Assembly: GCF_018977255.1 (NCBI RefSeq)
Contig: NW_024704743.1
Coordinates: 2,234,001 to 2,298,000, forward strand
Source of the DNA: Callorhinchus milii
Taxonomy: Eukaryota
DNA: 64,000 nt
Reading direction: 5' to 3'
Notes under the pieces: generated by a model
Database searches by the model: none
What the model saw: the letters and a program-made list of their open reading frames with translations, nothing else
What the model was told of the DNA's origin: nothing
In this document: positions 24,976 to 38,553 of the stretch, one piece after another
How the letters are laid out: each line of letters begins with the position of its first letter
Position numbering within the stretch: the stretch's first letter is position 1
Program-made: the position numbers and the translations under genes

Positions 24976-25272
24976 TATCTACTGATTTCTCACTCTCCAC
25001 CGATCCACCTATGGGAAGGAAGCAGGTGCTGAAATGACAGACTTGATATCCCCGCTAACGGTAACAAGGTCGGAGTTAAGAGGGGGTTGTTTTCTTTTCG
25101 GGTTTTTTTTTTGGGGGGGGGAATGGTGGGTTGGGGTGGGGGCGGGAGAGGGGAGACAGTATTTTGTTGTTGTTAATCTTCTCTCACATACATGTGTGTG
25201 TGTATATAAAAAGAGGGGAAGAAAGGACGGGAAAGGTCCGGTTGGGGTGTGATGGCGGCTGGAGTCGCTTGT
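24625..25272 (-). other. Predicted shh 5'UTR (about 650 nt, GA-rich, with a triplicated unit and short uORFs)
   Basis: Lies between the predicted TSS and the ATG. Contains AACTCCGACCTTGTTACCGTTAGCG (about 25053-25077), similar to the mammalian 5'UTR from memory. Confidence 0.55.
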
Positions 25273-25345
25273 GACTGACTACCTCTCACTGCCTCTGTAT
25301 TATAGCCTCCCCAAAAAGCCCAACTCCTCGCCCTGATTGGCTGGC
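25268..25345 (-). promoter_or_regulatory. shh core promoter: CCAAT box, TATA box and Inr-like start
   Basis: Minus strand reads AGCCAATCAG (CCAAT 25340-25336), then GGCTATAATACAG (TATA 25304-25299), then AGTCAGTCACAAGC. The candidate +1 A at 25276 or 25272 is 28-32 nt after the TATA. ACAAGCGACTCCAGCC resembles the 5' end of mammalian Shh mRNA as I recall it. Confidence 0.8.
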
Positions 25346-26173
25346 GGCTCCGGGGGTCCCGGGGCTTCACCTGACAGGACCACAAGCCATAAACCTCCTC
25401 GTTATGAAAACATCAATTACATGGTGTTTCTCATTGCTGCGTCCACCCACCCCTGTCTCGCCCCCCCCCACCCCCCCCCCCCCCCCACCACCACCACTCA
25501 CCACACCCCCCCCCCACCCCTCCCCTCCACACACACCTCCCTTCTCCCCTCACACACACACACATGCAAACCAATCACCCAAATTGATCGCTTTTTTGTG
25601 TGTGTGTGTGAGATTTCCCCGCGTGTCACACCAAACCCCTGGTACAGATACAAGCAATTTATGTTTTCTTCTAATCCCCCCCTCCTCCCCCGCCAACCCT
25701 AACCTCTTCCCCCATCCCACCCCACCCCACCCCACCCCGCCCGCCCCCTCCCCAACCACCTCCCTTTAACATCAGCGATCAGTGCGAAATGCTGAACTTA
25801 TTAACTTTCTCCCCATCTCCTCCCCCCCCCCACACACACCCCAAATAGCATCAGGCACTGTGCGGCCACATCCAAATACATCACCTGCCGACTGATCGGT
25901 ATTAACGTCGTGTTTTACCCACTGTTTAACGCCCTGTTTAATATCACGGGAAGGACCTCTAAGCCGCCAGCATTTAAGTCGCGAGTCTCATTCTCTTTAC
26001 AGCAAAGTGGGACACTTTCGGGTTCTGCGTTGACACACGAGACAGAGACGGACACAACTCAGGAGGCAAACACTTTGCCATCAAATGAGATATTTGAGCG
26101 CAGAGAAAAAACACCCAATTGATTATGTATTTCTACAGCCAAGGCTTGAAATAAAATATTGCTTTATTTCTCA

Positions 26174-26212
<39 letters not shown>

Positions 26213-26619
26213 TCTCTCTCTCTCTCTCCCTCACTCTGCAAATCTCCATTCCCCGGGTTTTGTATGATAATGAAACTGTAGTTTTTTTCTGTGGGGGGGT
26301 TTCCCCACCGTTAGTTCGGTGTTGGCCGGAGCTTCCGACACAGTTTGGTGTTAAACACGTCCGCAAACACAATTAGCAGAGATCGATTTGGGCCAAAGTA
26401 AACGGTGAAGATGAGTTTAATGTTAAATTAATTGCTATCTCATGCAGCGAAGCAAATTATGCCTTCATCCCGAGACCTGGCAATCGGGAAGAGGTGATGA
26501 GAGACTGCCCCAAATCCCCCGGGGGTACAGGTTCGCAGCGACACAAAAAAAATATTCCACTGGAAACTCAGACACGGAGGAGAATTGCCAATTTGCTGGA
26601 AGTCCGTGTCACCCGCGAC

Positions 26620-26750
26620 ATTGACAGTCGATTCACTTCACAGCACTTTGGTTCTGCGAAGCGCTTCGAGACGCCTCGAAGAGCTGATCGGGGGCTGTAT
26701 GAACTGCGAGGATTGTTATTATTATTATTGTTATTATTAATATTAATATT
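26620..26750 (+). mobile_element. SINE tail fragment
   Basis: CAGTCGATTCACTTCACAG...GAAGCGCTTCGAGACGCCTCGAAG...(TTA)n. Confidence 0.7.
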
Positions 26751-29700
26751 ATAACCCGACATTTCAAATGACATTTTAAAACGTTTCCCTTTTTTTAATG
26801 TTTCATTGGAGCAAAACAGTATATGCTTCATCATATATGTAGATAAATATATATATTTATTAATCGGTTCATATCGAGGACAGTTTCTTTCAAAGACATT
26901 CATTACTCTCAACGCATCCTTTTCTTAATCGCAGGCATTACATGTAGATCCTGTAGATCTCTCGGCAGCTCAAATTGGCCCAAACCCAGAGATCCAAAAG
27001 AAAAGGATAAGCCACTTCAGTCTTCTGTGAAAATAGTTCGACCCTCTGAAAGAAAAAATTAATTTAAAGGGTTGGAGGATAAAAAAATAAGTGACTGGGA
27101 GCGGTCAAGCACACAGCCAACAACTTCGACCTGTCATTAAACACCGCTGGTGTTTATGCCCGGACAGATTACAAGCACTATCTGGGCATTTCTCACTTAG
27201 AGGAAAATAAACTAAGTACTTTAACAACCCCCCCCCCCCCCCACCCCCATCACCCCCTCACCCCCTCACCTCATCTCCCTCCCTCCCTCCCTCGGCAATT
27301 CTGGACGATTGCTCTTTCGGTGCAATGCACAAGGAATTGAACATAATTAGAATAAAACATCAGAGTCAAAAAGAATTGGCAACGAAACTCATCCGAACTC
27401 TTGTAACGGTTTCATTGCCCTCTCCCCCCCCCCCCCCCCCCCCCCACCCCCTCTCTCTCTCTCTCTCTCTCTCACACACTTTCCCCCTCTCCCCGTCTCT
27501 CCCTCCTTTCCGCGGCAGCTACTGGTTACCTAAAACGCGAATGGATTTTTTTTATTTTTTGGGGGCAATTACACATCAACAAAATCTCTGTTTATTTCAT
27601 TCTTTCTGATTCAAGTGCGTGTCTTCCAGCGAATACCATCTCTCCCTTTCCCACCCCCACCCTCCACCCCTCCCACCCCCACCCTCCACCCCTCCCACCC
27701 CCACCCTCCACCCCAACCCCCTGACAGAAACCTTCCCTGGATGAACTATGCGTTGTTGTTTTTTTTAAAAAAAATAACCAAAAAGGTTAATTTTGATGGT
27801 CAAGTCACGTCTCGATCGACTCGGTATCGATTGTACCCATCGCTGCTGATGATTTGAAAGAAAAAGTTAAAAGAAAAACCAGTGCCCGTCACCCGGAAAA
27901 CAACCCAACAACTTTAATGTGGTTTTGATCCGTCTGTGTTTGTGTGTCTGTGTTTGTGTGTCTGTGTTTGTGTGTCTGTGTAAAAAAAAACACATCACCT
28001 GTTGATACCAACGATTAAATCAAATCAAATAACACCAGAGCGCTTCAGAAGATAGTCTGGAATCAGAGACCGTTTCATTGCAATTTTAAAAATAGTTTCC
28101 CCCTCAAACCCTCGACCCCCCCCCCCCCACCCCCCTCCCTCCCACCCCCCCTTTTCTTTTTCTCGTTCGTCGCTTAAAACATTGCTTTCATCTCGTTCCC
28201 AGTAGCAAAACGCTGGACAATATCAAAGTGAGTTTTGCAGACAGCACGTGGGTGGAAGACTGAGAAGTTAATAAAAAAGTTTTTTTTTCACCCCCCCCCC
28301 CCCACACACACACACCACCCCACCCCCACACACACAGACACAGACACAAAAACTTTTACTGCGACAGCAGTCTGCTCAGTTACAACAGAACCCAGGCTCA
28401 CTGATAGCAGTGATCACACAGGTTTTCTTTTACAATAACGTCAACAACAACAGCAATAATAATAATAATAATAATAATGAAATAGACACGAGTGTTTATA
28501 TCACTGTACATTCCACTACAGTGGGAGACTTCTCCCACCGTTAAAAGGTCTCCACAGTGAGTGGAGCAGATTTCAGCCCCTGTGGGAATTCGCAAAGGAA
28601 AAAGGGGGAAAACATAAGTTTGTTCTTCGCCTTCCAGGAACATTTGCGAAAGCCCAGGTTAAGGTTATAAGGCATCTGAACTTTTATTTTAAATTAAACC
28701 CCGATGGTAGAATTTACCCAACGCCAACCCCCCCCCCTCCCCCCCACCCATCCCACCCCAATCAATACTCAATGTACAAACGTGTGTGTGTGTGTGTGTG
28801 TGTTATGGGCTTCTGAACTCCACAGTTTTAAGACATTTATCTAAACGTTGTGTTGTATTTCCTTATCTTTCTTTACACCCCTCTCCCGTCCCCACCCCCA
28901 AGACCACCACCCCCCCAACTCAATAACTCCACAAAAACTGCACCCAGTCTGATACGTAGGGAAGTTTTAAGTGAATTGTTTGACACAGGAATCCACACGC
29001 ACTATTTCGACTCCCAAGAGGACGCAAACGGGAGGGTTTCAATTAATTTGGACCAGGTCCGTTTACAACAACCCCCTCCCCCCCACACCCCACCCCAACA
29101 TCACCAATGGGAATCTACAGGTGAAAATATTAAGGACAAATAGCCATCAAAATCAAACACCCCAACAATTCCCTTCGGTGAAAATCCAACCTGCAACTCA
29201 GGGCAGAATAGACTGAGAAAGAAAAAGGTTTCCAGGGGATCTTTGAATGAATTCTTCTCCCCTATTTGGACACTCCTGAAATCATTTTTCTCTTTTTTTT
29301 TAAAGAAAATCTGAAAGAGACACCATCTCTTGCTTTGTTGACCTTTGAGACACATATTATGTATCATAACACAAGAAAGGCCAATAATGGGAACTTGAAT
29401 GAAAAATACATAGCAAGTTTGGGGACCAATGTTTACATTTAATGGTTTCAAATTGCACCTTTCGCAAGAGACATCTTCTGCTTCCATTTCTATTTCCGAC
29501 CGCTTTCACATTCGAGCAAAACAGCCCAGTTCCTCTTGAAATCCACTCACTCGCCGTTCATTAGAACGGGCGAATGGAATGATCGGGAGTGTCAGAACTG
29601 TTCCCAAACCCAAACCCCACACCATATTTATGTCCTATTATGTTCTCCAAATCAATGTTAACAAGTGGCGCTTTGAAAAAAAAATTCCTACTCCCTCTCC

Positions 29701-30739
29701 CACAGCCACAAAGGTGATAGTGTGCATTCGAAAGTCATATTACTCCAAATAGCACTAGCCAAGGTAGCACGAGAGGTGCAGCCTGCTATAGGACACTTAA
29801 GACTTTCATACAGTCCATGAAACGCACAAGCATTTCAGCCTCCAAGCCATTTATTAAGACAGATGACCATTCCAGCCAGCCTCCCGAGAAAAAAAGGGAC
29901 CCAAAATGTATGGGCGTGCGAACCAAAAGAGAGAAAAAAAAATTGTTTAGAGTTCAGCAACAATACATTCACGGTTGTCTAATGGCCTGACATTCTCCTT
30001 TAAGGGGGTGTCAAGAGAAACCCAATGGCATGATGGAAAAAAAAATAAAGGGAAACCTGTCCTTCTCTGGCCCTTGTAGACCGGCTGTGTCTTGCCCAAA
30101 GTACACAAACATGCTGCTTGGAGCCGGTGCTCTGTGTTTGGGGAAAGCTTAGAGACAATGCCTGGCTCAAAAAGTCCATCTATTCGCCAGCTCTAGCCAT
30201 GGTAACCATTGCATTCACAAGGCCGTGGTAGCGACTAAGGTATGTGGCTAATTGCGCGAGTTCTACCCTCTTCTTGTATGAGCAGAACTATTTTTAAACC
30301 TTAGTATAGATGTTGCCTCTCTGACACATTTACGCCCGTTTCTTGTTTGTTCCCCGCCCTTCTTGATGACCTTCCTTCCAACACAGATTAGATCGTTTTC
30401 TTTTAGGAAATAACATGATGGGATATAGTACATATATATAGGTAGCTCGGGACATGCGTGCAAGCGACTGCCAGGAAGGTGGCAGGCGAACTAGGTGGAC
30501 CCTAGTCTCTTTATCGTCTAGCATTTCTTATGTTCTTATGTTTATTTCCCTTTCACAGGTTTCACTTGATATTCTGTTACACAGCCTGGTGGGTGTGCTC
30601 ACCGATAGATAGACAGACAGACAGACAGACACACACACACACACAGACACACACACACACATACACACACAGACAAACACACCTTTTAACCAATGCAGCT
30701 TTTCACTATCTCACACATGCAGAATGGACAAATAAAACA

Positions 30740-30970
30740 TAATAATAATCATAATAATCCTTGCATTTGATATGCACCTTATCATGTCCTCGAGCTGCCT
30801 CGAAGCGCTTCACAAGTCAATCGACTAACAACCGGGTTCCTACTTACTGCTAGGTAAACAGAGGTGTGCGGAGTAAGGAAACTTGCCCAACATTTCACCC
30901 TGCCGGGAATTAAACCCAGGTCTCTCGCTTGCAAGGCAAGTGCTCTAACCACTAAGCTATAAGACTCCAC
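30740..30970 (-). mobile_element. Family A SINE with the Deu-like middle deleted
   Basis: Head and first body block joined directly to the tail (GTTAGTCGATTGACTTGTGAAGCGC). Confidence 0.8.
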
Positions 30971-32264
30971 AAAGGTTTCAATGGTTGCAATGGATCACTG
31001 ACCCACCATTCACTTCAATCACAAGATTTCTTAAATGAGTCCGGTATCCTGGCTTCATTGAGAACAGTGCTTGATCACATAAAAAGCCTAAATGCATAAT
31101 ATTATCTGGATCCAATATTGCTGTACCACACGGACATTATGATTATGAGTAAGCGTTTGTGGATCTATGCCAAATTCTGGAGGATGGTATACACAGAAGC
31201 ATTAGTAAAGCACAAGACAAGTGAATTGTGTCTGGGGAATTAGATATGTTAATCTCCTAAATCTAATGGAACTTGGTACCAAAGCCTGAATCAATACGGA
31301 ACGAATGTAAACAGAGTTGGTAAATTAAATAGTTGTCAAAGTACAGTGCTTTATCTTTCTAGCCTGAGTACAATAAAGTCAGACATTTTATAGCACATTA
31401 CATTCTATTCCAATTTCTTGACATTAAAGGGAAATTTTTTTTGGTCAGTCTGACACCCATGGAAACCCATCACCATGCTCCAAACCAAACTAGTGAGAGT
31501 TCTAGATATGTATGGTTTCAGTTTGTCTGCTATGGAGTGTATATTTTCCTGTTGGATGCACTCTGCTTACCAAATTCCAGTGAGTTTAGGCACAGGTTGG
31601 CAAGAGCCAAGGCTCGAAATCCTCAGAATTTGAATAGTATACTGCTCAAGTTTAATCAGTTAAAACAATACACTTTGCCAATGCAAGTTTCCTGCTACTT
31701 GTTCATCTAAGACTACCCTACTTGCTGGGATTACCCTGCTTTAGCTTGCAGGATAAATAGGGAAGAATCCCATCTCCCCATGATGAAACCGATTCTCCAA
31801 CTTCTCTCAATGAGCCAAGATGGTTGATCCATCATCAACAATCCCTTGGTAGTCCTTGTCTGTCTTAGGAATTGGATGAGCTACCAAGACTGCAACAGAG
31901 GATAGACTCAATTCTGATGTTCCATTGCCAAACATGTCACATTGGAGCCTAATCAACCCCAAATTGTCCCCTGCCTCACCCGTGTAGGATAATTGAAGGA
32001 AAAGGTATCTCAAAACTTAAGTGATATAACGGTAATTGTGGCGTGCCACTTGGTCAATCCCCAAATTACAAAATAATAAATAATTCAGCATCTTATCAAT
32101 TTAATTCTTCATTAATACAATCTACCTTCACCACGTCACTAGATAGCCTAATGATCAGCACTTTGGAACTGCCTGTTTACATTCCTCTTCCAAGTTTTAG
32201 ACTATGTTCTTGTCACAGGTAGTTGGGATAGGTTGCATGGCTTGTTGGATGAGCTAACACCAAC

Positions 32265-32470
32265 ACGCAAAAATGGGCCGAATGGCCTCTCGAGTTGTCG
32301 TATATTCCTATGAATCCAAGCTTTTACATTTTTTGATTGTGTTGAACATATTATTAGGTTTCAGTCTATTTATACTCTTCAGGGTCTTGAATACTTCAAT
32401 AAATTCACCCTTAAGCTTTTTCTTATTTCATGTGAACATTTCCAGCTTCCTTGGCCTCTCTTCATTCACG
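32265..32470. mobile_element. CR1 LINE remnants (plus-strand 3' tail and minus-strand ORF2 piece)
   Basis: ATGGGCCGAATGGCCTC...CCTATGAATCC tail motif, followed by decayed CR1-like ORF2 3' sequence. Confidence 0.5.
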
Positions 32471-33524
32471 TGCTCAATTGAAGCCATTGATACCGTTGCC
32501 AATTTTGCTGTAACCCATAAAATGCATCGCTGGTTGCCTCAAGCAGATTTGATATTTATGAATTCTTTACAAATCTGGATGTGACTCCTGCATTTTTGAT
32601 CCCCTTGAGGCATTAGATTGCTCTTTACCACAATAAAAGTGTGATTATTCTTTGCATTTGTGCAACGCACGTTCAATGCGTCTTTGCATCAATGCATTAA
32701 CGCATCAATCTGTCTCTGGGATTTCCATGTGTAGGTGAAATGCATGGAATTCTCGGTTTTGGCTTGGATACTCTTGAGAATGATGATGGGTTTCCGCATG
32801 TGTCCACATGATCTGCATTTGGCTGACCAAAAAAAAAAGTTCAACGCATCTACATCTATTGCATCTATTGAGCACCTCACTGGTCTCTTATGTGTTCCTG
32901 TAAGTAGGCGTACAAATCAACACAGTTCATTTCAACATTATTGGGAACATTACTGTCGTAGCTCATCATAATAATAATTCTTGCATTTAATACAGCACCT
33001 TACCTTGCTGTCAAAATGTGCTACAGCATTGACTGTTAAGTGTAGGGACTGTGTATTTGTAGGGAAGCACTCTGGGACGCTACCCAGCATGAAGGGCGCT
33101 ATCTGAATGCAAGTTGTTGCTGTAGTATTTGTAAACAAAGCAGCAGCCAATTTGCCCTCATATCATTGTCCCCACAGCAGCTACAAAGCGAGTGATCATT
33201 TTTTTTTTATCTGGGAGATTGTTGGTGAGAAAGATTCTCCCTGCCCTTTTTGTACAGAGCTATAGGATCTTTAATGTTCACCTCAACAGGCAGACGGGAC
33301 CTCGGTTTAACATTTGATCCGAGGGACAGATACAGGTCAGCAAGGACGGAAACTCTTCACACAAGATCTGACATATGTTATTTTTAAAATTTCACCAGTA
33401 TTGCTGTAACAATGGCCAAATATAGTCCAAATTGGCACAAATCTGAAATTGGATAAAAGTGGGTCAAAACATTCTACATTACATATTAGTCTGGATTCAT
33501 TATCTAGTTCCAGATCCAAGCATT

Positions 33525-34050
33525 CAGCCTCTCTGCCCACACCTCTGGAACTCCACCCCACAGTCCCTCCACCTCACTCCCTCCCTCGGCTCCCTGAAGA
33601 CCCATCTCAAGGCCCTCCTCTTCAACCGTGCCTTTGGTCACCCTCCTACCCCTACCCTCCCCAGCCTCCACCCACTCCTGATCCCAACCACCAGCTCAGG
33701 TGTGGATCCCTGGCTGTCCAACGCCTTAGGACGTCCACCTGACATGGAAGACGCCGTGTAAAAGTAATTTGCTGTTGTTGTTATAAGTTATAAGTGAATT
33801 TGTTGTTGTTGTCATACAAATTCATACCAAATTGAAATTAATTGGCCAATCATCATCAACAACACCAACAACAACTTGCATTTATTTAGCGCCCTCCAAT
33901 GCCGGGCGGCGTCCTAAGGCGCTTAACAATGGCGGAGCCTGAGGCCGAGTCAGGGGGAGGGGGAAGGTGCTGTCAAAGAGGGGGAAGGAGGGGGCGAGAC
34001 AAAGGGGTTGAGGGAGGGAGTTCCAAAGTTTCGGGGCGTAGTGGCTGAAG
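33525..34050. mobile_element. Two L2 3' ends arranged tail-to-tail (33525-33785 plus; 33865-34050 minus)
   Basis: LWNSTPQSLHLTPSLGSLKTHLKALLFNRAF and APKLWNSLPQPL peptides; tails with GGACGTCC/GGACGCC stem-loops and (TTG)n. Confidence 0.75.
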
Positions 34051-34434
34051 TCTGAAAGAACATAATCGTTCTTTTTGTTTAAGACGTTTCTGGTGCAAAC
34101 ACAACCTTCACTTTGTTTCCAATCAATCTTATCCCCCGAAGCGCTTTGAGACACTTGTTTTTATGTGAAAGGCACTGCCTAAATGCAAATCATTGTTGTT
34201 AATGTGCACTTAAAGTGATACCCTCAGCCTAATTTATCAAAATCATATCTAAAGTACTGTAATATCAAAGTTCAGAAATGCATTATCTCAATCTACAGAA
34301 TGAGACATTTACACTTAACAGTCTGGTTAAATAGATTGCTAGCTCGATCCTTTTGCACTTTGAGACTGGTGATTGTTTGTTTATGAACACTTTGCCCTCA
34401 CTCTCCCAACTGCTCTGCTATATTTGGATGGTAT

Positions 34435-34945
34435 GTTTCTCCCACAAAATATACAGTTAATTCACTTTACCGTACATTCTTTGAAGCGCTTTGAGATGTC
34501 TCGAACATGTGATAAGGCGCTGTATCATATACGAGGATTATTATTATTATATATGAGAAATGGTGCAGGTAAAGGGTTTATTGACTCTTAACTTCATTTT
34601 ATGTCATTTGATTGGGTCTATCGGACAGCTTTGTACCATTTAAACAGTTTTATAGCTAAAAGTACATGCTCATGATTAAAGGAATTCAGTGCATCGTTTC
34701 TTCTTATAATAATAATAATGTTTGCATTTGATATAGCGCTTTTCACATCTTCTCAACGTCTCAAAGCCCTTCACAGGATATACTGTAAAGTGAATTGACT
34801 GTATATATTTGTGGGCAAAATGTGGCAGCTGATTACGCACAGCAGCGTTCCCACAAACAGCTGTGGATTGAAGTGACCAATTTATTATTGGTTTTTTTCT
34901 TGAGAGATTATTATCCAGCGTGTGGAGTAAGGAAACTTGCCCAAG
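34435..34945. mobile_element. Inverted SINE pair (34435-34550 plus; 34708-34945 minus)
   Basis: Both carry the family tail. Confidence 0.8.
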
Positions 34946-36427
34946 GTTCCTATTTACACAGTAGCACATCTCCACCATTGAACTCAGTTGTGCTAATATC
35001 CAGAAGCACATACATTCCAAATGACTAAGGTGTTTGCTCCTGGAAATCAATGCAAGGTATGTTTGCAAGTACAGTATTGTATATTCCCATCATTAACTTG
35101 GCCGCTAATGAGTCATCCATGTGACCTGCCCCACATTGATTCAAAGGTTTTACACAGACATTTCCTCTTGCAATTAACACTGAACACTTCCCGTTCACCT
35201 CATTGCAAGCATATGGATAAAGTTTTGACTATCGATGCAGTTAACAAAGAAGGCTCAATCTAAACCTCACTGATCACATCACTTTCCAGTATCTTTAACA
35301 GCCTGGCGATTGTATTTAATGACTGTTTCAGTCACACTGTCAAAAAAGAAATCTTATTTCCATCTTATCTATTCCCAACGTCAAACACAGGTGATTGGAA
35401 TTTCCACTGGGCAAATGTTTCTGTTTACCTGAACGCTTGATAATGCCAGGGACTACATATGTTGGTATCAGTTAAATAAGAAGCCTTAAGGTTACAGGAT
35501 CCCCTCAGATAACTTACCGATTGTCCCTGAAACACTTCAAAAATCCAAAGAGTAAGACAGTATTGAAGCTGTTTATAGAGAACCAATCTTTTTGCAACTG
35601 CACTTATAACTTATGGTATGGATGGGGCAGTATAAGCAGAAAAGTACCGTGAAAAAAGCTAATGGTATTCTGGGTTTTATACATAGGAGCATAATTCAGT
35701 CCAATGTAATCGTGGATTCCTGAAAACATGGACACCTAAAATACCATTTTAACCATAAATAGAGGGGAAAATCTGTAGTATGTGATGCAGTAATTATCAC
35801 CTGTGATAATCATCATCACAAAGCACAAATTCCCCCCCCCTCCTCTCTCCCGCCCCCACCCACCACCGTCCCTCACTCCCTGGGTGTCTGACACATATGT
35901 AAAGCCCTTATTATGTTTAAGAGTATCCAAAGTAAACCGAGAATTCCACATATGTATGCCACCTACACACAGAAATTTCCCTGTTTACCGAATTCTGGAA
36001 AGTAGTAGAATAATCATAATCCTTATATTCGATATAAACCCTTTCACGTTGGGAAGTTGCCTCAAAGCGCTGTTGAGAAGCGCTCAAAGTTGAGCGACTG
36101 TATTTCGTGGGGGAACCTATTAGGTCCAGGTTGGGGGAAGAGCAAGGCTTAGAGACTCCAGAGTGTGCGTTGGGACACTGCTTGCAATTTAACCAGCTAA
36201 AACCCCATCACATGCTATTGAAAGCATTGTCTGGCAAGCTGCTTATTTGCCTCCAATAAAAATGTCACTCCACTCGCTAATGCCTGTAGACTGTTGCGAC
36301 ATCTAAGAAGCTGTAAAAATACGCATTCTACTTTGCTTTCATATCTGATTTCAAAGTATGTGTTAAACAAACCTCAATTTTCCACAATAAAAAGTTTTAA
36401 CACTTTGGTTCAGATGCAATAAAACAT

Positions 36428-36700
36428 CATAATAATAATCCTGGCATTTGATACAGCGCCTTATCACGTCTTTGCGACATCTCAAAGCGCTTCACAGGAT
36501 ACACTGTAAAGTGAATTGACTTTATATTTTTGGGGGGTGAAACACAGCAGCCAATTGCACACTGTAGTGTCCCACAAACAGTCATAGATTGAGTGACCAA
36601 ATTATTTTTTAAGATAACTTTTTTTTACAGGGATTATTATCTCCGGTAAAGCGATCCACCAATTGACTAACAAGTGGGTCCCTAGTTACTGCTAGGTAAA
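36428..36700 (-). mobile_element. Family A SINE lacking the head
   Basis: Body, Deu-like block and tail in reverse. Confidence 0.82.
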
Positions 36701-37449
36701 TAAGATAACACAAGCGAGGTTTGGATGAAGAAGGTCCTTCGCCCATTGTAACTTATCCCTCCAGTGTACCCTCCAGCCTACTGTCTCCCCATTACTGTGT
36801 CAAACTGTTTCTTAAATGCGGTCCAGTGTCCTGACCTCAAATATCTTCCTGATCACACATCTATTAACTATCCTCTTAGTAAAGCAAAACTTCCTGGATC
36901 CTGTCCTGAATTTGCCATTCGCAGCCCTAAACTTGTTGGTCTATCTGAAAGGATTGTTTTTGGTTTGCTTTCTCGAACTCATTTAAAATCCTATACAATA
37001 TTTCCTTGTGATGCTTACGATATAGCAGAAAACCTCAGGAAGGATCACTGGAAAATTGTTGTGCCTGAGTCCTCATCCTCGATATAATAATAATCCTTGC
37101 ATTTGATATAGCGTCTTATCGCTTCTTCGAGAGTCTCAAAGCACTTCACAGACTATACTGTAAAGTGGAGTGACTGCGTATTTTGTGGATTGAATGATCA
37201 TATTATTATTATTTTTGGGAGTTATTTTATTGAAACTGCGAACAAGATATCTGAGTGAATAAAAAGGACCTGGATATAACAAACAAGTCTAAAGGGATTC
37301 ACGATCTTAAGGAAGGGAAAAAATATTTTGGCTGTGCCAACTCTTAAGGATGAATATTGCATTGTTAGAGTGCACTGCCTACACTGAAAATAAGTGCTCT
37401 CTCTGCCATTATCCAGTTTCCATGTTAAAACAATAATAATAAATAAATA

Positions 37450-37620
37450 AATTGGTCACTTCAATCCACGGCTGTTTGTGGGGACGCTGCTGTGCGCAAT
37501 TGGCTGCCACGTTCCGCCCACAAAATATACAGTCAATTCACTTTACATTATATTCTGTGTACTTTGAGATGTCTCGAAGATGTGATGAGGCGCTGCATCA
37601 AATTGGAAGGATTATTATTA
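37450..37620 (+). mobile_element. SINE 3' half
   Basis: AATTGGTCACTTCAATCCACGGCTGTTTGTGGGGACGCTGC...tail. Confidence 0.82.
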
Positions 37621-37674
37621 CATTTTGTATCTGCGAATTGCTTGTAGCCCAAGCCACAAAATTGAAATGTCACC

Positions 37675-37855
37675 AGTGTGTGTGTGAGTTTGTATGTGTT
37701 TGTGTGGATGTGTGTGTGTATGGTTTTGTGTGGGTATGTGTGGTTGTGGTTGTGTGTGGGTGATTGTGTGGGTGGTTGTGTGTGTGTGTGCGTGTGCGCA
37801 CGTCTGGTTGTGTGTGTGTGAGGTGTGGTGTGTGGGTGTGTGTGTGTATGTGTGC
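37675..37855. repeat. Imperfect (TG)n microsatellite
   Basis: Seen directly. Confidence 0.88.
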
Positions 37856-38553
37856 AGTTCCCTCTGTTGTCTTCAACAATTGCACTCTCTCTCTGGCCCA
37901 TTCCTAGCCCTTTAATTTGATTCAGAATAGAAATTCAAGTGGTTCTGCCGACCTGCGGCTCCACATATCAGGTCTTTGTGGGTGAAACTTCCTCCAATTC
38001 TGCAAACATTTATGTCACCTCTCAAGGGGGGAATGGGGTTTGTACACCAACAAGACACTGCGATAATTAATTCACTTGGTCTGGCTAAATTAATCGCACT
38101 TCGGGTAAACATTAAATGATTTCAGAACACTGTCGGAATGTGTGTGTGTGAGTGAAAGGTTCACATTTCCCCATTCTCTTCCTCCAGTGATTATGTGCAA
38201 GTTTCTCTGGTTTTGCTGAACAGTGTTTTTTTTAGTTATTTGACCCTAACCACTCAAATGTGATTCAGGTGCTTAAAGTCCAAATTCTTGAACAGCATCT
38301 AGTGATTTGCTCTAAGAGCACTATGCAGAGTTCCCATTGCACAAGAACATTCCTGCTACAGGTGACTAAATGTGTTTCTGGAAGGATCAGAGAAGCTATC
38401 ACACTGTGAGCGTGTGTACCTGTTAGTCTTTCTTTGCAATAGACTTTGAACACAGAATAATAATAATATTCCTTGACATGGTACTTTATCACATCATCAA
38501 GACGTCTCAATCAGCTTCACAGAATTTGTACTGTAAAGTGTAGTAATAGTGTA

